From contig CAVQEQ010000003.1 in the NCBI GenBank assembly GCA_963711565.1, positions 512,001 through 576,000 of the forward strand: a DNA stretch of 64,000 bases. The letters are read 5' to 3'. Every line of letters starts with the position of its first letter. The stretch's first letter is position 1. The notes under the pieces are model-generated. The model was not told where the DNA came from, made no database searches, and saw nothing but the letters and a program-made list of their open reading frames with translations. The translations under genes were made by a program, and so were the position numbers. Shown in pieces: positions 45,411 through 55,695 of this stretch. This DNA is from an uncultured delta proteobacterium. Its GTDB lineage: Bacteria; Desulfobacterota; Binatia; Binatales; Binataceae.

Positions 45411-47021
45411 GTGGCAGCGACTATAGAACGTTCAATTCCTGTTAGCGGTGCGGTCAGCGACAAACTCGCGAGAAAAACGGGTACCGGCCCGATAATCATC
45501 TTCGGCTTGATTCTCGCCGCGGGCTTGTTCTATGTCGCCACCCACCTGATTTCCGACCTCAGTGTCGAGAAGGCTACGACCATCCGCCCCTACATCATGC
45601 TCGCCGGCGCGCTGTTGATTGCGCTCGGCTTCGAGTTCGTTAACGGCTTCCACGACACGGCCAATGCGGTTGCGACCGTGATTTATACGCACTCGATGGA
45701 GCCTCACATCGCGGTAGCATGGTCGGGGCTGTGCAACTTCGCCGGCGTGCTGATTTCCTCAGGCGCTGTAGCCTTCGGCATCTTGTCGTTGCTGCCGGTG
45801 GAACTGATCTTACAGGTCGGCAGCTCCGGCGGTTTCGCGATGGTGTTCGCGTTACTGGTCGCTGCGATGATCTGGAATCTCGGGACGTGGTACCTGGGCC
45901 TTCCGGCGTCGAGCTCGCACACGCTGATCGGATCGATCATAGGTGTAGGTATCGCCAACCAGTTGATGGCCGTGAAGACGGGTACCAGCGGCGTCGATTG
46001 GGGGCAGGCCGCCAACATCGGCAAATCGCTGCTGGTTTCGCCGATAGTAGGATTCGCGGTAGCCGCCGGGCTGCTGCTGCTCTTTAAGGCGCTGATCACC
46101 GACAAGCGTTTGTACGAAGCTCCGGAGGGGACCGAGCCGCCGCCATTCTGGATTCGCGGCCTGCTCATTCTGACTTGCACTGCCGTGAGCTTCGCGCATG
46201 GATCGAACGACGGTCAGAAGGGCATGGGTCTCATCATGCTGATCCTGATAGGTCTCGTGCCGACAGCCTATGCGCTCAATCGCGCGGTGCCCGCGAGTGC
46301 TACCGCGGACTTCGTCGCGGTCTCGGCGCAGACTGTCAGTGTTCTCGACCAGCATGTTTCCGCGAGCGCGGTCGTTCCGGGAGATCCTCGCGACGTCGTG
46401 CAGGAATACATCCGCAGCAAGACTTTCACTCCCGACACGATGATGGCGCTGCGCCAGATCGTGAACGACATCTCCAACGAACTGAAAATCTACAAGGCGA
46501 TGGCGAATGTGCCGCCGCAGTACGCCCGCAACTTCCGCAATGACATGTACCTTACCAGCGAAGCCTTCCGGCTGATGAAGAAGCAGAATATCGCGGCTTT
46601 CACCGCCTCGGATTGGACCGCGCTCGACAACTACAAGAAGCACATCGACCTGGCGACGAAGTTCATCCCCGGATGGGTGAAGGTCGCCGTCGCGATGGCG
46701 CTGGGACTCGGTACGATGGTCGGCTGGAAGCGAATCGTCGTGACCGTCGGCGAAAAAATCGGCAAGGATCACCTGACCTACGGACAAGGAGCGGCTGCCG
46801 AGATCACCGCGGCGGCTACGATAGCCGCTGCCGACTGGTATGGGCTTCCTGTGAGTACGACTCACGTGCTGTCATCGGGCGTCGCCGGCACGATGCTGGC
46901 CAACAAGTCCGGTCTGCAACTCGAAACGGTGCGCAACATCGCAATGGCCTGGATTCTGACGCTGCCCGCTTCGATCATGCTCGCGGCGTTCCTGTTCTGG
47001 CTGTTCCGCCATGCGTTCTAA
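45411..47021 (+). CDS. pitA: Inorganic phosphate transporter (Pit family)
   Basis: NGFHDTANAVAT, GLPASSSH, HGSNDGQK and PVSTTH. Confidence 0.92.
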   Translation: MAATIERSIPVSGAVSDKLARKTGTGPIIIFGLILAAGLFYVATHLISDLSVEKATTIRPYIMLAGALLIALGFEFVNGFHDTANAVATVIYTHSMEPHIAVAWSGLCNFAGVLISSGAVAFGILSLLPVELILQVGSSGGFAMVFALLVAAMIWNLGTWYLGLPASSSHTLIGSIIGVGIANQLMAVKTGTSGVDWGQAANIGKSLLVSPIVGFAVAAGLLLLFKALITDKRLYEAPEGTEPPPFWIRGLLILTCTAVSFAHGSNDGQKGMGLIMLILIGLVPTAYALNRAVPASATADFVAVSAQTVSVLDQHVSASAVVPGDPRDVVQEYIRSKTFTPDTMMALRQIVNDISNELKIYKAMANVPPQYARNFRNDMYLTSEAFRLMKKQNIAAFTASDWTALDNYKKHIDLATKFIPGWVKVAVAMALGLGTMVGWKRIVVTVGEKIGKDHLTYGQGAAAEITAAATIAAADWYGLPVSTTHVLSSGVAGTMLANKSGLQLETVRNIAMAWILTLPASIMLAAFLFWLFRHAF

Positions 47022-47051
47022 GCGTCATCGGCGTGTGCTGGGGTAAATGAG

Positions 47052-47486
47052 ATGGCTTTCCCATTCAAACGAATTCTAGCTCCGGTGGACTTCGATCCAA
47101 GCTCGCTGATGGCACTGGAGTTTGCCGCGAAACTTGCCAAGCAAAATGACGGCACTGTCTTCGTCCTGCATATCGTGCCGGTCGATATGGACGTGACCGG
47201 GATGCCTCAGTACGTCGATCTCATCAAGCGCCAGGAGAGCCTCGATCGCGACAAGCTGACCGCGATCGCCAAGCAACATCTGGCGGAAGTGAAATGGGAG
47301 ATTCTCGACCAGATGGGCGAGCCCGCGGACGTTATCGACGACGTCGCGACCAAGCTGCCCGCCGACTTGATCGTGATGGTCACCCATGGGCGGCGCGGGC
47401 TGGCGCGGCTGGTCGAAGGCAGCATCGCGGAGAAGGTGTTGCGCAACGCACCGTGCCCAGTCCTCGCTGTGCGCCAAGAACAATAG
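47052..47486 (+). CDS. Universal stress protein
   Basis: KRILAPVDF and DLIVMVTHGRRG...GSIAEKVLRNAPCPVL. Confidence 0.93.
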   Translation: MAFPFKRILAPVDFDPSSLMALEFAAKLAKQNDGTVFVLHIVPVDMDVTGMPQYVDLIKRQESLDRDKLTAIAKQHLAEVKWEILDQMGEPADVIDDVATKLPADLIVMVTHGRRGLARLVEGSIAEKVLRNAPCPVLAVRQEQ

Positions 47487-47540
47487 GACGCTTTTGCCGG
47501 ATCGCCCTCTTCTCTTTTGGCGATTTGATTCCTACCGGGA

Positions 47541-47981
47541 CTATGCCGCCTTAAGTTCCGACGTGCAGTGGGGGCATCGCGTGGCGCCGATCGGGACCGC
47601 GCTCAGGCAATACGGACAGTCCTTGGTCGAGGGCGGCGCGGGCTTTTCGCCGACGAGGCGATTCACCCATTTGACGAGCAGGAAGACCGCGAACGCAATT
47701 ATCAGGAAATCGATGATCGTGTTGAGGAACACACCGACGTTCAGAGTCGGGGCCCCCGCCGCTTTGGCGGCCGCCAGGCTGTCGTAGTGCTTCGACGAAA
47801 GATTGATGAACAGATTCGAGAAATCGACCGCGCCGAGCGCAAGGCCGATCGGCGGCATCAGAATGTCGTTAGTGAACGAAGTGACGATTTTTCCGAATGC
47901 GGCGCCGACGACGAAGCCGACCGCGAGATCGATCACGTTGCCCTTGATTGCGAACTGCTTGAACTCCGAGAGTATCGACAC
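47541..47981 (-). CDS. mscL: Large-conductance mechanosensitive channel with C-terminal CxxC...CxxC
   Basis: [25 protein letters not shown] and FLIIAFAVF; GTG 47981 after GGAGGA; tail CPYC...CPHC. Confidence 0.93.
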   Translation of the reverse strand: MSILSEFKQFAIKGNVIDLAVGFVVGAAFGKIVTSFTNDILMPPIGLALGAVDFSNLFINLSSKHYDSLAAAKAAGAPTLNVGVFLNTIIDFLIIAFAVFLLVKWVNRLVGEKPAPPSTKDCPYCLSAVPIGATRCPHCTSELKAA

Positions 47982-48189
47982 GACGCATCCTCCGTTGATC
48001 GGTTTGAATTGGTGAGGAGCCCCGCCTACCAAAGCATCGCGGCGCGCTGAAGTAAACGGGCGCGGCTCTGGTTCGCTCGGCGGTCGATTGACTTTGCGGA
48101 AATGCATCTGGTAGCCCGTTGGAGTATTCGCGTAGTAAGTTTCGAGAGGAGTCGCGCCGCGCTGAGCGGCTGTGACGGAGGAAGAATTC

Positions 48190-49143
48190 GTGGACAAGCA
48201 TCCGATTCGTTTCGGAGTTCAGACCGGACAACAGAACATCGAGTGGGAACAACTGCGCAGCTTCTGGGCGAAGGCTGATGGCTGGGGCTACGATTCGCTG
48301 TGGGTGTTCGATCATTTCTATCCCATCTTCTCGCCCGACCCGGCGGGCCCATGCATGGAAGGCTGGACGCTGCTGAGCGCTCTCAGTCAGCACACCAAGC
48401 GCGCGCGAATTGGCGCGCTGGTCAACGGCAATACCTATCGCAACCCGTCGCTCACCGCGAAGATGGCGGCGACGCTCGACAACCTCAGCGGCGGCAGGCT
48501 CAATCTCGGACTCGGTGCGGGATGGTTCGAAGCGGAGCATCGGAGCCTCGGCTTCGATTTCAAGACTCTTGGCGGTCGGCTGAATGCGCTCGACGAGTCG
48601 TGCCAAATAATCAAGGGAATGCTCACGCAGGAGAAAACCACGCTGCACGGCAAGCATTACAACGTGGTCAACGCGATCTGTAATCCGAAGCCGATCCAGA
48701 AAAATCTGCCGCTTATGATCGGCGGTCATGGCGAGAAGGTGCTGCTGAAGATCGTGGCCAAGCATGCGGACATGTGGAACATGGGCAACGCCGATGCCGC
48801 GGAAATGAAACGGCTCATCGGCGTGATCGAGCGCCACGGCGATACGGTGGGCCGCAACACTGACGAAATCGAAAAGACCTTGATGCTCGCGCTGTGCTAC
48901 AAGGCGCCCAAGCAGCGCGAGGAAACGCTTTCATCGATCGTCGCGATGATGGCGCAGACGACGCCCGACCGAGCACGCGAGATGATGGTTATCGGCAACA
49001 AGCAGGAGTGCGTGGACAAGCTCGAGCGCTACATCAAGGCGGGCGTGACGCATTTCATCTTTCTGCACAACCCGCCGATAACCGCCGAAGAGGATATCCA
49101 GGCCTTCGCCGAGGACATCATCCCGCAGTTCCACTCGAGCTGA
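48190..49143 (+). CDS. LLM-class (luciferase-like) putative F420-dependent oxidoreductase
   Basis: [18 protein letters not shown]...[20 protein letters not shown] and IGGHGEK. Confidence 0.9.
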   Translation: MDKHPIRFGVQTGQQNIEWEQLRSFWAKADGWGYDSLWVFDHFYPIFSPDPAGPCMEGWTLLSALSQHTKRARIGALVNGNTYRNPSLTAKMAATLDNLSGGRLNLGLGAGWFEAEHRSLGFDFKTLGGRLNALDESCQIIKGMLTQEKTTLHGKHYNVVNAICNPKPIQKNLPLMIGGHGEKVLLKIVAKHADMWNMGNADAAEMKRLIGVIERHGDTVGRNTDEIEKTLMLALCYKAPKQREETLSSIVAMMAQTTPDRAREMMVIGNKQECVDKLERYIKAGVTHFIFLHNPPITAEEDIQAFAEDIIPQFHSS

Positions 49144-49153
49144 ATTTCCGGAC

Positions 49154-51768
49154 TCACTTCCCGGTCCCTTGCAACTCGATCGTCTGGTTCGCGTTTGCCG
49201 CGTTGTCATAAATGGTCACGGTGGAGAACATCGGACCCGGCAGAGACGGAGCGAACAGCACGGTAAGCTTGCACTTCTTTTTGGGTAAGAGCTGCGCGGG
49301 ACAGTTCGTGGCAAACCCGAATTCCTGCGGGCTCGTCAACGGGACCGCCGCCGGCGGATTGCCGAACGTGATCGGCGATCCGTGCTTGGCCGGATTGCTG
49401 ATCTTGACCGTTACGCTTGCTACATGCCCGACTTTCACTTTGCCGAAATTTACTGAAGTAGGTTTAACCTTCAGCGACTCGGGTACTCCCGTAGGCGTCG
49501 ATGTAGGCGTTGCAGTCGGCGTGAGAGTCGGAGCCCCTCCGGTCGGCGTCGCGGTTGGAGTTGGAGTCGCGCCCGTCGACGTCGCGGTTGGCGTTGGCGT
49601 CGGCGTCGATGTCGGCGCGGTCGCGCCGAATGCCATCACGAGATTGTACGCGTTGACGGTTCCGATGCCGGTCGCGAAGTCCCATCCGGTGCCCGTCGGA
49701 TACGCGGGCGCAAACTCGGAGTCAGAGGTTGACAGCACGCCATTCTTGCCGGACGGCGTGTAACAGTTATGCGAACCGGTGCACGGCACGTCGATGTCGC
49801 CCTGCGTCACGTCGTAAAAGATGCACGAACCGGCCGCGCCATTGCCCAGCGTCGAGCTACAGGAGGCCGCGCCGCCTGCGCCATACTCCGCATCGGCCAG
49901 CGCGTAGTACGTCGGATTGGGATTGCCTTGCCGGCTTCCGGTTTTTTGATTTATCAGCGACTGAATGCCCGCCATTATCGGCGAGGCGAATGACGTCCCG
50001 CCGAAACCCGCCCAAGTGCTTGGCGCACCGGTGCAAGGCGCGCCGTAATAGCCCGGCGTCGGGTCGGAATAGCAGATCACGTAGTAGTGATTCCAAACGC
50101 CGTCAGCCGCGAACAGCGATACGTCAGGCACGTCGCGCACGCCGTCGTGAGGGTTGCCGACTATCGATTGCCAGCTGGGTTTTGCGTAACCCGCGCAGCT
50201 TCCGCCGACGACGCCGCTGCTCGACGGCGAGCCCGTGGCGCATCCGCTCGGGCCGCCGCTGCCAGCGACGACCTCCAGGAAATCGTCTTTGCCTGTGGTG
50301 CTATTGCAGAAGCCGCTCGAGCCGTACGCGGTGCCATAGCCGCGGTAGTTGTCGATTAACGCGCTCGCACACGAGTCGTTCCATGGAATTTCCGGAACGT
50401 ACGAAAGCGCGGATTCGTAATCGGGACTGTTGGAGTCGCTCCAGTAGGAGCTGTTGCTGTTTGCGTAAGTATCGCCGAAATCGGTGCCGCCGACCGAGAC
50501 GTTATACGGCGTCGAGGTGAAGCCGCTGACTCCGATGCCGTGCGACGCTGTAGCATTATCTGCATCAGAGCTCGCGGCGCCCTCGTCGCCCGACGCCACA
50601 AACACCGATACACCCTCGCCAACAGCCTGCTGATACAACGAATTGATGTACGCGTTTTGCGTCGCGCCGTCGTCCGCCTCCGACTGGCCGTAACTGATGC
50701 TGATGATGGCCGGTGGCGTGTCCGATTCATTGAGCAGATTCGTCATCGCGATGAATCCGCCGAAGGTGGTCTTGGTGTCGGCGCACGCAGCCACCTCGAT
50801 TGCGGCGTTCGGCGCGGCCGCGCTCGACCATTCCGCGTCGATCTCGGCCTCACCGTCGGCGTCATTTATTCCGGGGTCGGAGCAGCCATCCGGATGAAGC
50901 TGGCTGAGCGAGCCCTCGGGGTAGGCGCTCGCAAGTCCCATCACGTTGCGAAACGTGGTCCAGTCGGAGGTCTTGTAAAGGTCGCTGTCCTCGAGCACGA
51001 CGATCGTCTGTCCCTGGCCGGAATAACCCGCGGTGAACAGTGGATTGAAATTGTAGATGGTCGCGAGGTCAGCCGGCACCACCAGGTTCGCCTGCTCGCC
51101 ATCGACATTGACGGTGTAGGCGGGACGCGGACGGTTCATCGCGTGCGGCCGGAAGTCGTTGAGCGACACCACGCCGGCCACCGCCGCGCCAGCGCCGCGG
51201 GAATTTGCGGGTCACTCATGTTGGCGATATGCGCGGCGCCATTCACCGTGAGATTGTGAATCTCAGTGTGGAAGGCCTCGCGCACATTGCCGGCGTTGCC
51301 CGAGAAATCGATCATCATTCCGTTTTGATAAGTGCGGTTGACGGTCAGGCGGTGCGCTTGAAGCCAGCCCGCGATCTTCGCGAGATCCTGTTGGGCAAGT
51401 CCGAAGCGATCGCCGAACTCCTGTGCCGTCAGCCACTGATGGTAGTTCGGCGACTTGGGATCCTCGAGCTCATCGAGAAATTTTTCGAGCGCACTCTCCT
51501 GCGCGGGAGAGCGTCGCAACTGGAGGATCATGTGCTCGAGCGGGAAGTCGGCGGCAACCGGGCCGCGGTCATTGGCCGCGGTCGCTTCGGGACGCGTATT
51601 ACCGGCGAGCGTGACCAGTGCATTCTCATCGATGGCGGCGGTGATGAGGGGCTGCGTTCCCGCACCCGCACTGAAGGCGGCACGGCCGCAGGTAAGCAGT
51701 ATCAGGGCGCCGACGGCGACGAGACTCGCGCGTTTGAGGTGCTTTTTCGCTGATTGCACTCCCGACAC
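49154..51768 (-). pseudogene. S53 (sedolisin/kumamolisin) peptidase with prodomain, Thr/Pro linker and ASH domain; 1-nt frameshift near 51186 (pseudogene or sequence error)
   Basis: ORF 51136-51768 has the signal peptide and prodomain (SPNYHQWLT..EFG.RFG). ORF 49154-51181 has EAEID, SGDEG, GGTSFASP and GWDFATG. One added base gives IPAALAPAVAGVVSLNDF. Confidence 0.85.
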
Positions 51769-52005
51769 ACCAATACGCTACGAACAAAATCGAACTATGA
51801 AGCCGTTACGTGAGATGACGTTGTGCTTGAGATGGCACTTGCGGCCATGCCCGCGTTTGCCGCAGCCACAACCGTTCCAAACATGATTGCTGCCGAAAGG
51901 ATAGCAGCAAATATGAAGCCGGCGGTATTCATTGCATTCCTCTAACAGGAATACGCAGGGCGGAGCGGCCGGTTACGCCAAAAAAAGGTGCTATCTGCTT
52001 GGCGA

Positions 52006-52926
52006 TTATGCGGCTTTCACTATCAGATCGTCCGGGTCGGGCCGATTGCCCCTACTTCCGCTATGCGGAGTGCCGTGGCGAACGTCCGTAGCGAGGCCCA
52101 GTTTCTCGAGCGCCAGTATCAGCATGTAGCCGGCGTCGGGCTGGCGCCAGCTCCATCCGAGGCGTGCGGAACCGGGGCGCGCGTGATGGTTGCGATGCCA
52201 GTTCTCGCCCTGGAACAGATGCATCAGCGCGAGCCATGTTACGTTGCGGCTCGAATCCTCGCCCGCCTCGACGCCCGGTTCGGTGTGGCAAACGCTGTTG
52301 ACGAAACACTGCGCGTGCAATCCGAAGCACAAACGAATCGCGCCCAGCCAGAAAAACGCGGCGGGGCTGAAATACAAACCGCCGAGATACGACAGCGTCA
52401 GGATCGGCGTCTGGAACCATCGCCAGGCGCGATACGAAACGCCGCTCAAATCGGGGCAGTAGCGATCGATAGGCGGCTCGCCCGCCTGCCATAGCCATCG
52501 CAGATGCGCCCACCAGAAACCGCCCCAGCGCGGGCTCGAGATGTCTTCCGGGGTGTCAGCCTTGGCGTGATGCAGCCGATGGCCGGCGGCCCACGTGGTC
52601 GGCGCGCCGGAGCCGTTGAACATCGCAAGAAAAATAAGGACGCCGCGCGCCCACGGATTCAGCGTGAGCGAGCGATGCGCGATCGCGCGATGGTACCCGA
52701 CCGTGGTGCCCAGCCCGCCGAGGAACACGAGCGCCACCGCGCCCAGAAAGATCGGCCAGCCGGGAAGCGGATAGAGCACAAGCCCGATCGCGGCGGTAAT
52801 ATGAATGAGGAGAACCCAGCCCAGTATTGCAATGTCGCGCTTGCCGGCGTGCCACCATGGCTGCCTCCACGGCGCGGTCTTCATGATTTGTTCGGTTGTG
52901 CTCGTCGGCGTGAAAGCTGCTGCCAT
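52006..52926 (-). CDS. Membrane fatty acid desaturase (delta-9 type)
   Basis: His boxes HRAIAH, HRLHH and HRNHH; GFWWAH; ATG 52926 after GGAGAG. Confidence 0.9.
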   Translation of the reverse strand: MAAAFTPTSTTEQIMKTAPWRQPWWHAGKRDIAILGWVLLIHITAAIGLVLYPLPGWPIFLGAVALVFLGGLGTTVGYHRAIAHRSLTLNPWARGVLIFLAMFNGSGAPTTWAAGHRLHHAKADTPEDISSPRWGGFWWAHLRWLWQAGEPPIDRYCPDLSGVSYRAWRWFQTPILTLSYLGGLYFSPAAFFWLGAIRLCFGLHAQCFVNSVCHTEPGVEAGEDSSRNVTWLALMHLFQGENWHRNHHARPGSARLGWSWRQPDAGYMLILALEKLGLATDVRHGTPHSGSRGNRPDPDDLIVKAA

Positions 52927-53305
52927 TCGTCTCTCCAGCGATCGTATTTTGCCCACACCAACACCCGCGCCTGTTTGGCTGCACGGATGATGATGCTTCC
53001 GGCTGCAGGGCGCGCGTGCTTGCGCGCTTCCAGCTGCCGCCAGCATCAGCACATTTTCACTTCTAACCGGGATGCCTTCGATTCTAAGGCGGGGGGCTGA
53101 ATGTGCTTGCCGTCGCGGACTGTGACATTACAGGATACAGACGCCGCGCGCTACAAGCGATTGCACCAACACAGTTACGTGCGTGTTATGAACTTTGCCC
53201 AGTGTGCCCCAAAGAACATCGCGAGATCAGCGCCACGAATCGCAATTGGATTCCAAGCTGCGCGCTTTGTCATTGCCGGATGCGTGCGATATGAGTCGGG
53301 CCACT

Positions 53306-54193
53306 ATGCCATCGCAAATTAAGAGTCGAGTCGTACGCGCGTCGAATATGAATTTCACGGTGCTCGAGATGGGCGACTCAGGAAATCCGCTCGTCCTGTG
53401 CCTGCACGGCTTTCCCGACACCGCGCATTCGTTTCGCCATCAGATGCCCGCGCTAGCGGCGGCGGGATACCACTGCGTCGCGCCGTTCATGCGCGGCTAC
53501 GCACCGACCGAGCCCGCGCCCGACGGCCGCTACGATTCGGCGGCGTTGTCGGAGGACGCGCTCGCGCTGATCGCCGCGCTCGGGTACAAGGACGCGATCG
53601 TGTTCGGTCACGACTGGGGCGCAGTCGCGGCATACGGCGCCGCGGCCGCCGCGCCCGATCGCGTCAGCAAGCTGATCACGGCGGCAGTCGGGTACGGCTC
53701 CGGATTTTTCGAGGCGCTGGTCACCAACTACGCGCAGCAGCGCCGCTCCTGGTACATGTTTTTCTTCCAGACCAAGATTGCCGAGGCCGCGGTCAGCCTC
53801 AACGACTTCGCCTTCCTCGAAAAGATGTGGGCCGACTGGTCGCCGGGATGGAAATGGGCGCCCGAGGACATGGAAGCGCTCAAGCAATCCTTCCGCGCCA
53901 AGGGCACGCTCGAAGCGGCGCTCGGCTACTATCGCGCGACGCTCGGCCCGGTGCTGAGCATGCCGGTCGATCTGAAAATGCTGGCGCCCGCGATGAACGT
54001 ACCGATCAATGTGCCCGCCCTGATGTTCCACGGCCGCGACGACGGCTGCATCGGCGCCGAAACGCTCGCGGGGATGGAGAAGCTGTTCACGAAGGGCTTG
54101 AAGATCGAGCTGGTACCCGACGCGGGCCATTTCGTGCACCAAGAGCGCCCCGATCACGTGAACGAGCTGATGCTGAAGTTCCTGAAGTTGTGA
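53306..54193 (+). CDS. Alpha/beta hydrolase (epoxide hydrolase-like)
   Basis: LHGFPD, GHDWGA, SWYMFFFQ and AGHFVHQE. Confidence 0.92.
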   Translation: MPSQIKSRVVRASNMNFTVLEMGDSGNPLVLCLHGFPDTAHSFRHQMPALAAAGYHCVAPFMRGYAPTEPAPDGRYDSAALSEDALALIAALGYKDAIVFGHDWGAVAAYGAAAAAPDRVSKLITAAVGYGSGFFEALVTNYAQQRRSWYMFFFQTKIAEAAVSLNDFAFLEKMWADWSPGWKWAPEDMEALKQSFRAKGTLEAALGYYRATLGPVLSMPVDLKMLAPAMNVPINVPALMFHGRDDGCIGAETLAGMEKLFTKGLKIELVPDAGHFVHQERPDHVNELMLKFLKL

Positions 54194-54249
54194 AACTTTA
54201 CGGCCCGGTCTGTTGATATTTTATATAGCCCTATGCATAATGAATACAG

Positions 54250-54804
54250 GTGGACAACGCCAACCAGCGATTAACCCCGGAAATGTGCCGAGCCGGCCGC
54301 GCTCTCCTGCGCATCAGCCAGGCCAAGTTGGCGCAGAGGGCGGGAGTATCCAGGCTGACGGTCGCTCATTTTGAAGGCGAGGCAAGCAGACCAATTCAGG
54401 TGAGTCTTGCCGCAATCCGATCTGCCCTTGAGTCCTCCGGCGTTGCCCTGCTTCCGGGTGGTGCAGTGTTGCTCGAGCCGGCCACCTCAGCGGTCCCGGT
54501 TCGCTCTCAGAAAGTTTCCGAAGTACTAGAAATCTTCCTGGCTGCCGCGCCGCGCCTTCGAGAACTCGGCGTCAGGCACCTCTCCCTTTTCGGCTCGGTA
54601 GCGCGCGGTACGCAGCGGTCTGACAGCGATGTCGATCTGATCCTCGATCTCGACGAGCAGCGAAGAATTGATCTGCTTGACTACGCGGGAATTATCGCTG
54701 AGATCCAGAAACTCGTTCCGCAACGAGTAGACGTCGCCCTCCGCAAGTCGCTCAAATCTCACGTTGCGCGAGATGCTCTCCGAGAAGAAATCCGTGTCTT
54801 CTAG
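54250..54804 (+). CDS. XRE-type HTH fused to a minimal nucleotidyltransferase (MNT) antitoxin
   Basis: CRAGRALLRISQAKLAQRAGVSRLTVAHFE followed by LFGSVARG....SDVDL (GSx10DxD). Confidence 0.87.
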   Translation: MDNANQRLTPEMCRAGRALLRISQAKLAQRAGVSRLTVAHFEGEASRPIQVSLAAIRSALESSGVALLPGGAVLLEPATSAVPVRSQKVSEVLEIFLAAAPRLRELGVRHLSLFGSVARGTQRSDSDVDLILDLDEQRRIDLLDYAGIIAEIQKLVPQRVDVALRKSLKSHVARDALREEIRVF

Positions 54805-55141
54805 CGACCCCGAACAACGCCTGCGCGACATCCTCGACAACATTTTACGGATTCGCTCCTACACCGAAGGTATGGGAGCGCCTCAACTGGCAGCCGACCG
54901 AAAAACGCAAGATGCGGTCGAGCGGTGCCTGGAACGAATCTGCGAGGCCGCGCGAAAACTCGGCGATACGCTCGACGCCAAATATCCGGAGGCCGAATTT
55001 CCAAAGCTCCGTCAACTCGGCAGCGTGCTGAGACATGACTACGACTATATAGATGCGGATATGCTTTGGCGCTCCGTCACCGAACGCCTGGACCCACTCG
55101 AACACGCTTGTCGAACCGAGCTCGGCGAGAATCCGCAATGA
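54794..55141 (+). CDS. HEPN (DUF86/HepT-like) ribonuclease toxin
   Basis: RLRDILDNI, DAVERCLERICEA and LGSVLRHDY..D...LW; overlaps the MNT gene. Confidence 0.87.
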   Translation: MSSSDPEQRLRDILDNILRIRSYTEGMGAPQLAADRKTQDAVERCLERICEAARKLGDTLDAKYPEAEFPKLRQLGSVLRHDYDYIDADMLWRSVTERLDPLEHACRTELGENPQ

Positions 55142-55168
55142 CCACTCGATCCTGAAGTTCTTGAAATT

Positions 55169-55540
55169 CTAACGAGATCGGCTTTCGCTTACGATGTAGC
55201 CGCGGAACATCGCCTGCGCGTTCATCGCGGGGCGGTATTCTGAAATCGAGCGCGAGCCGAGCTGGTCCTCATTCCACACCGCGTGTGGCGTGCCGGCCGG
55301 AATGACCATCACCCTGCCCCGCTCCAACACGAACTCCTTTCCCGCAACGCGGCACCGCACGGTACCCTCGACGACTTCCAGCCGCTCCTCCTGATGCGTG
55401 TGTATATGATCCCGCGGCGGCGTCGAGACGACACGCGCGATGTACTCGCATCGGAAGAATTCGCCGGCAGTCTCCTCCGCCGACTTGAGGACGATCACTC
55501 GATCTTGCATTGCAGGACGTTCCGAGACCTGAGTCGCCAT
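55169..55540 (-). CDS. Cupin domain protein
   Basis: HIHTHQEERLEVVEG...IPAGTPHAVWN; AAGGAG RBS upstream. Confidence 0.88.
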   Translation of the reverse strand: MATQVSERPAMQDRVIVLKSAEETAGEFFRCEYIARVVSTPPRDHIHTHQEERLEVVEGTVRCRVAGKEFVLERGRVMVIPAGTPHAVWNEDQLGSRSISEYRPAMNAQAMFRGYIVSESRSR

Positions 55541-55615
55541 GATCCTTCTCCTTCGCCGAATGCTGTGTGAGGAGAAAATTTACCATCGCATCGCGGATGA
55601 ACCGGAGCGTGACTG

Positions 55616-55688
55616 CTGACAGCCGTCTGTCAGGAGGATCGGGCGACGCGAGGATTACCGGCGAGATCCTGACAGCGTACTGTCAGGA
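55616..55688. promoter_or_regulatory. Twin palindromic operators CTGACAG-N4-CTGTCAG upstream of the cupin gene
   Basis: Perfect copies at 55616-55633 and 55669-55686, 53 bp apart, next to a YafY/WYL regulator gene. Confidence 0.75.
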
Positions 55689-55695
55689 GCGTCGC

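Noticed and set aside
47982-48197. N-terminal extension of MscL in the ORF track
   Set aside because: A GTG with a strong RBS at 47981 gives a normal-length protein; the extension overlaps the divergent gene.
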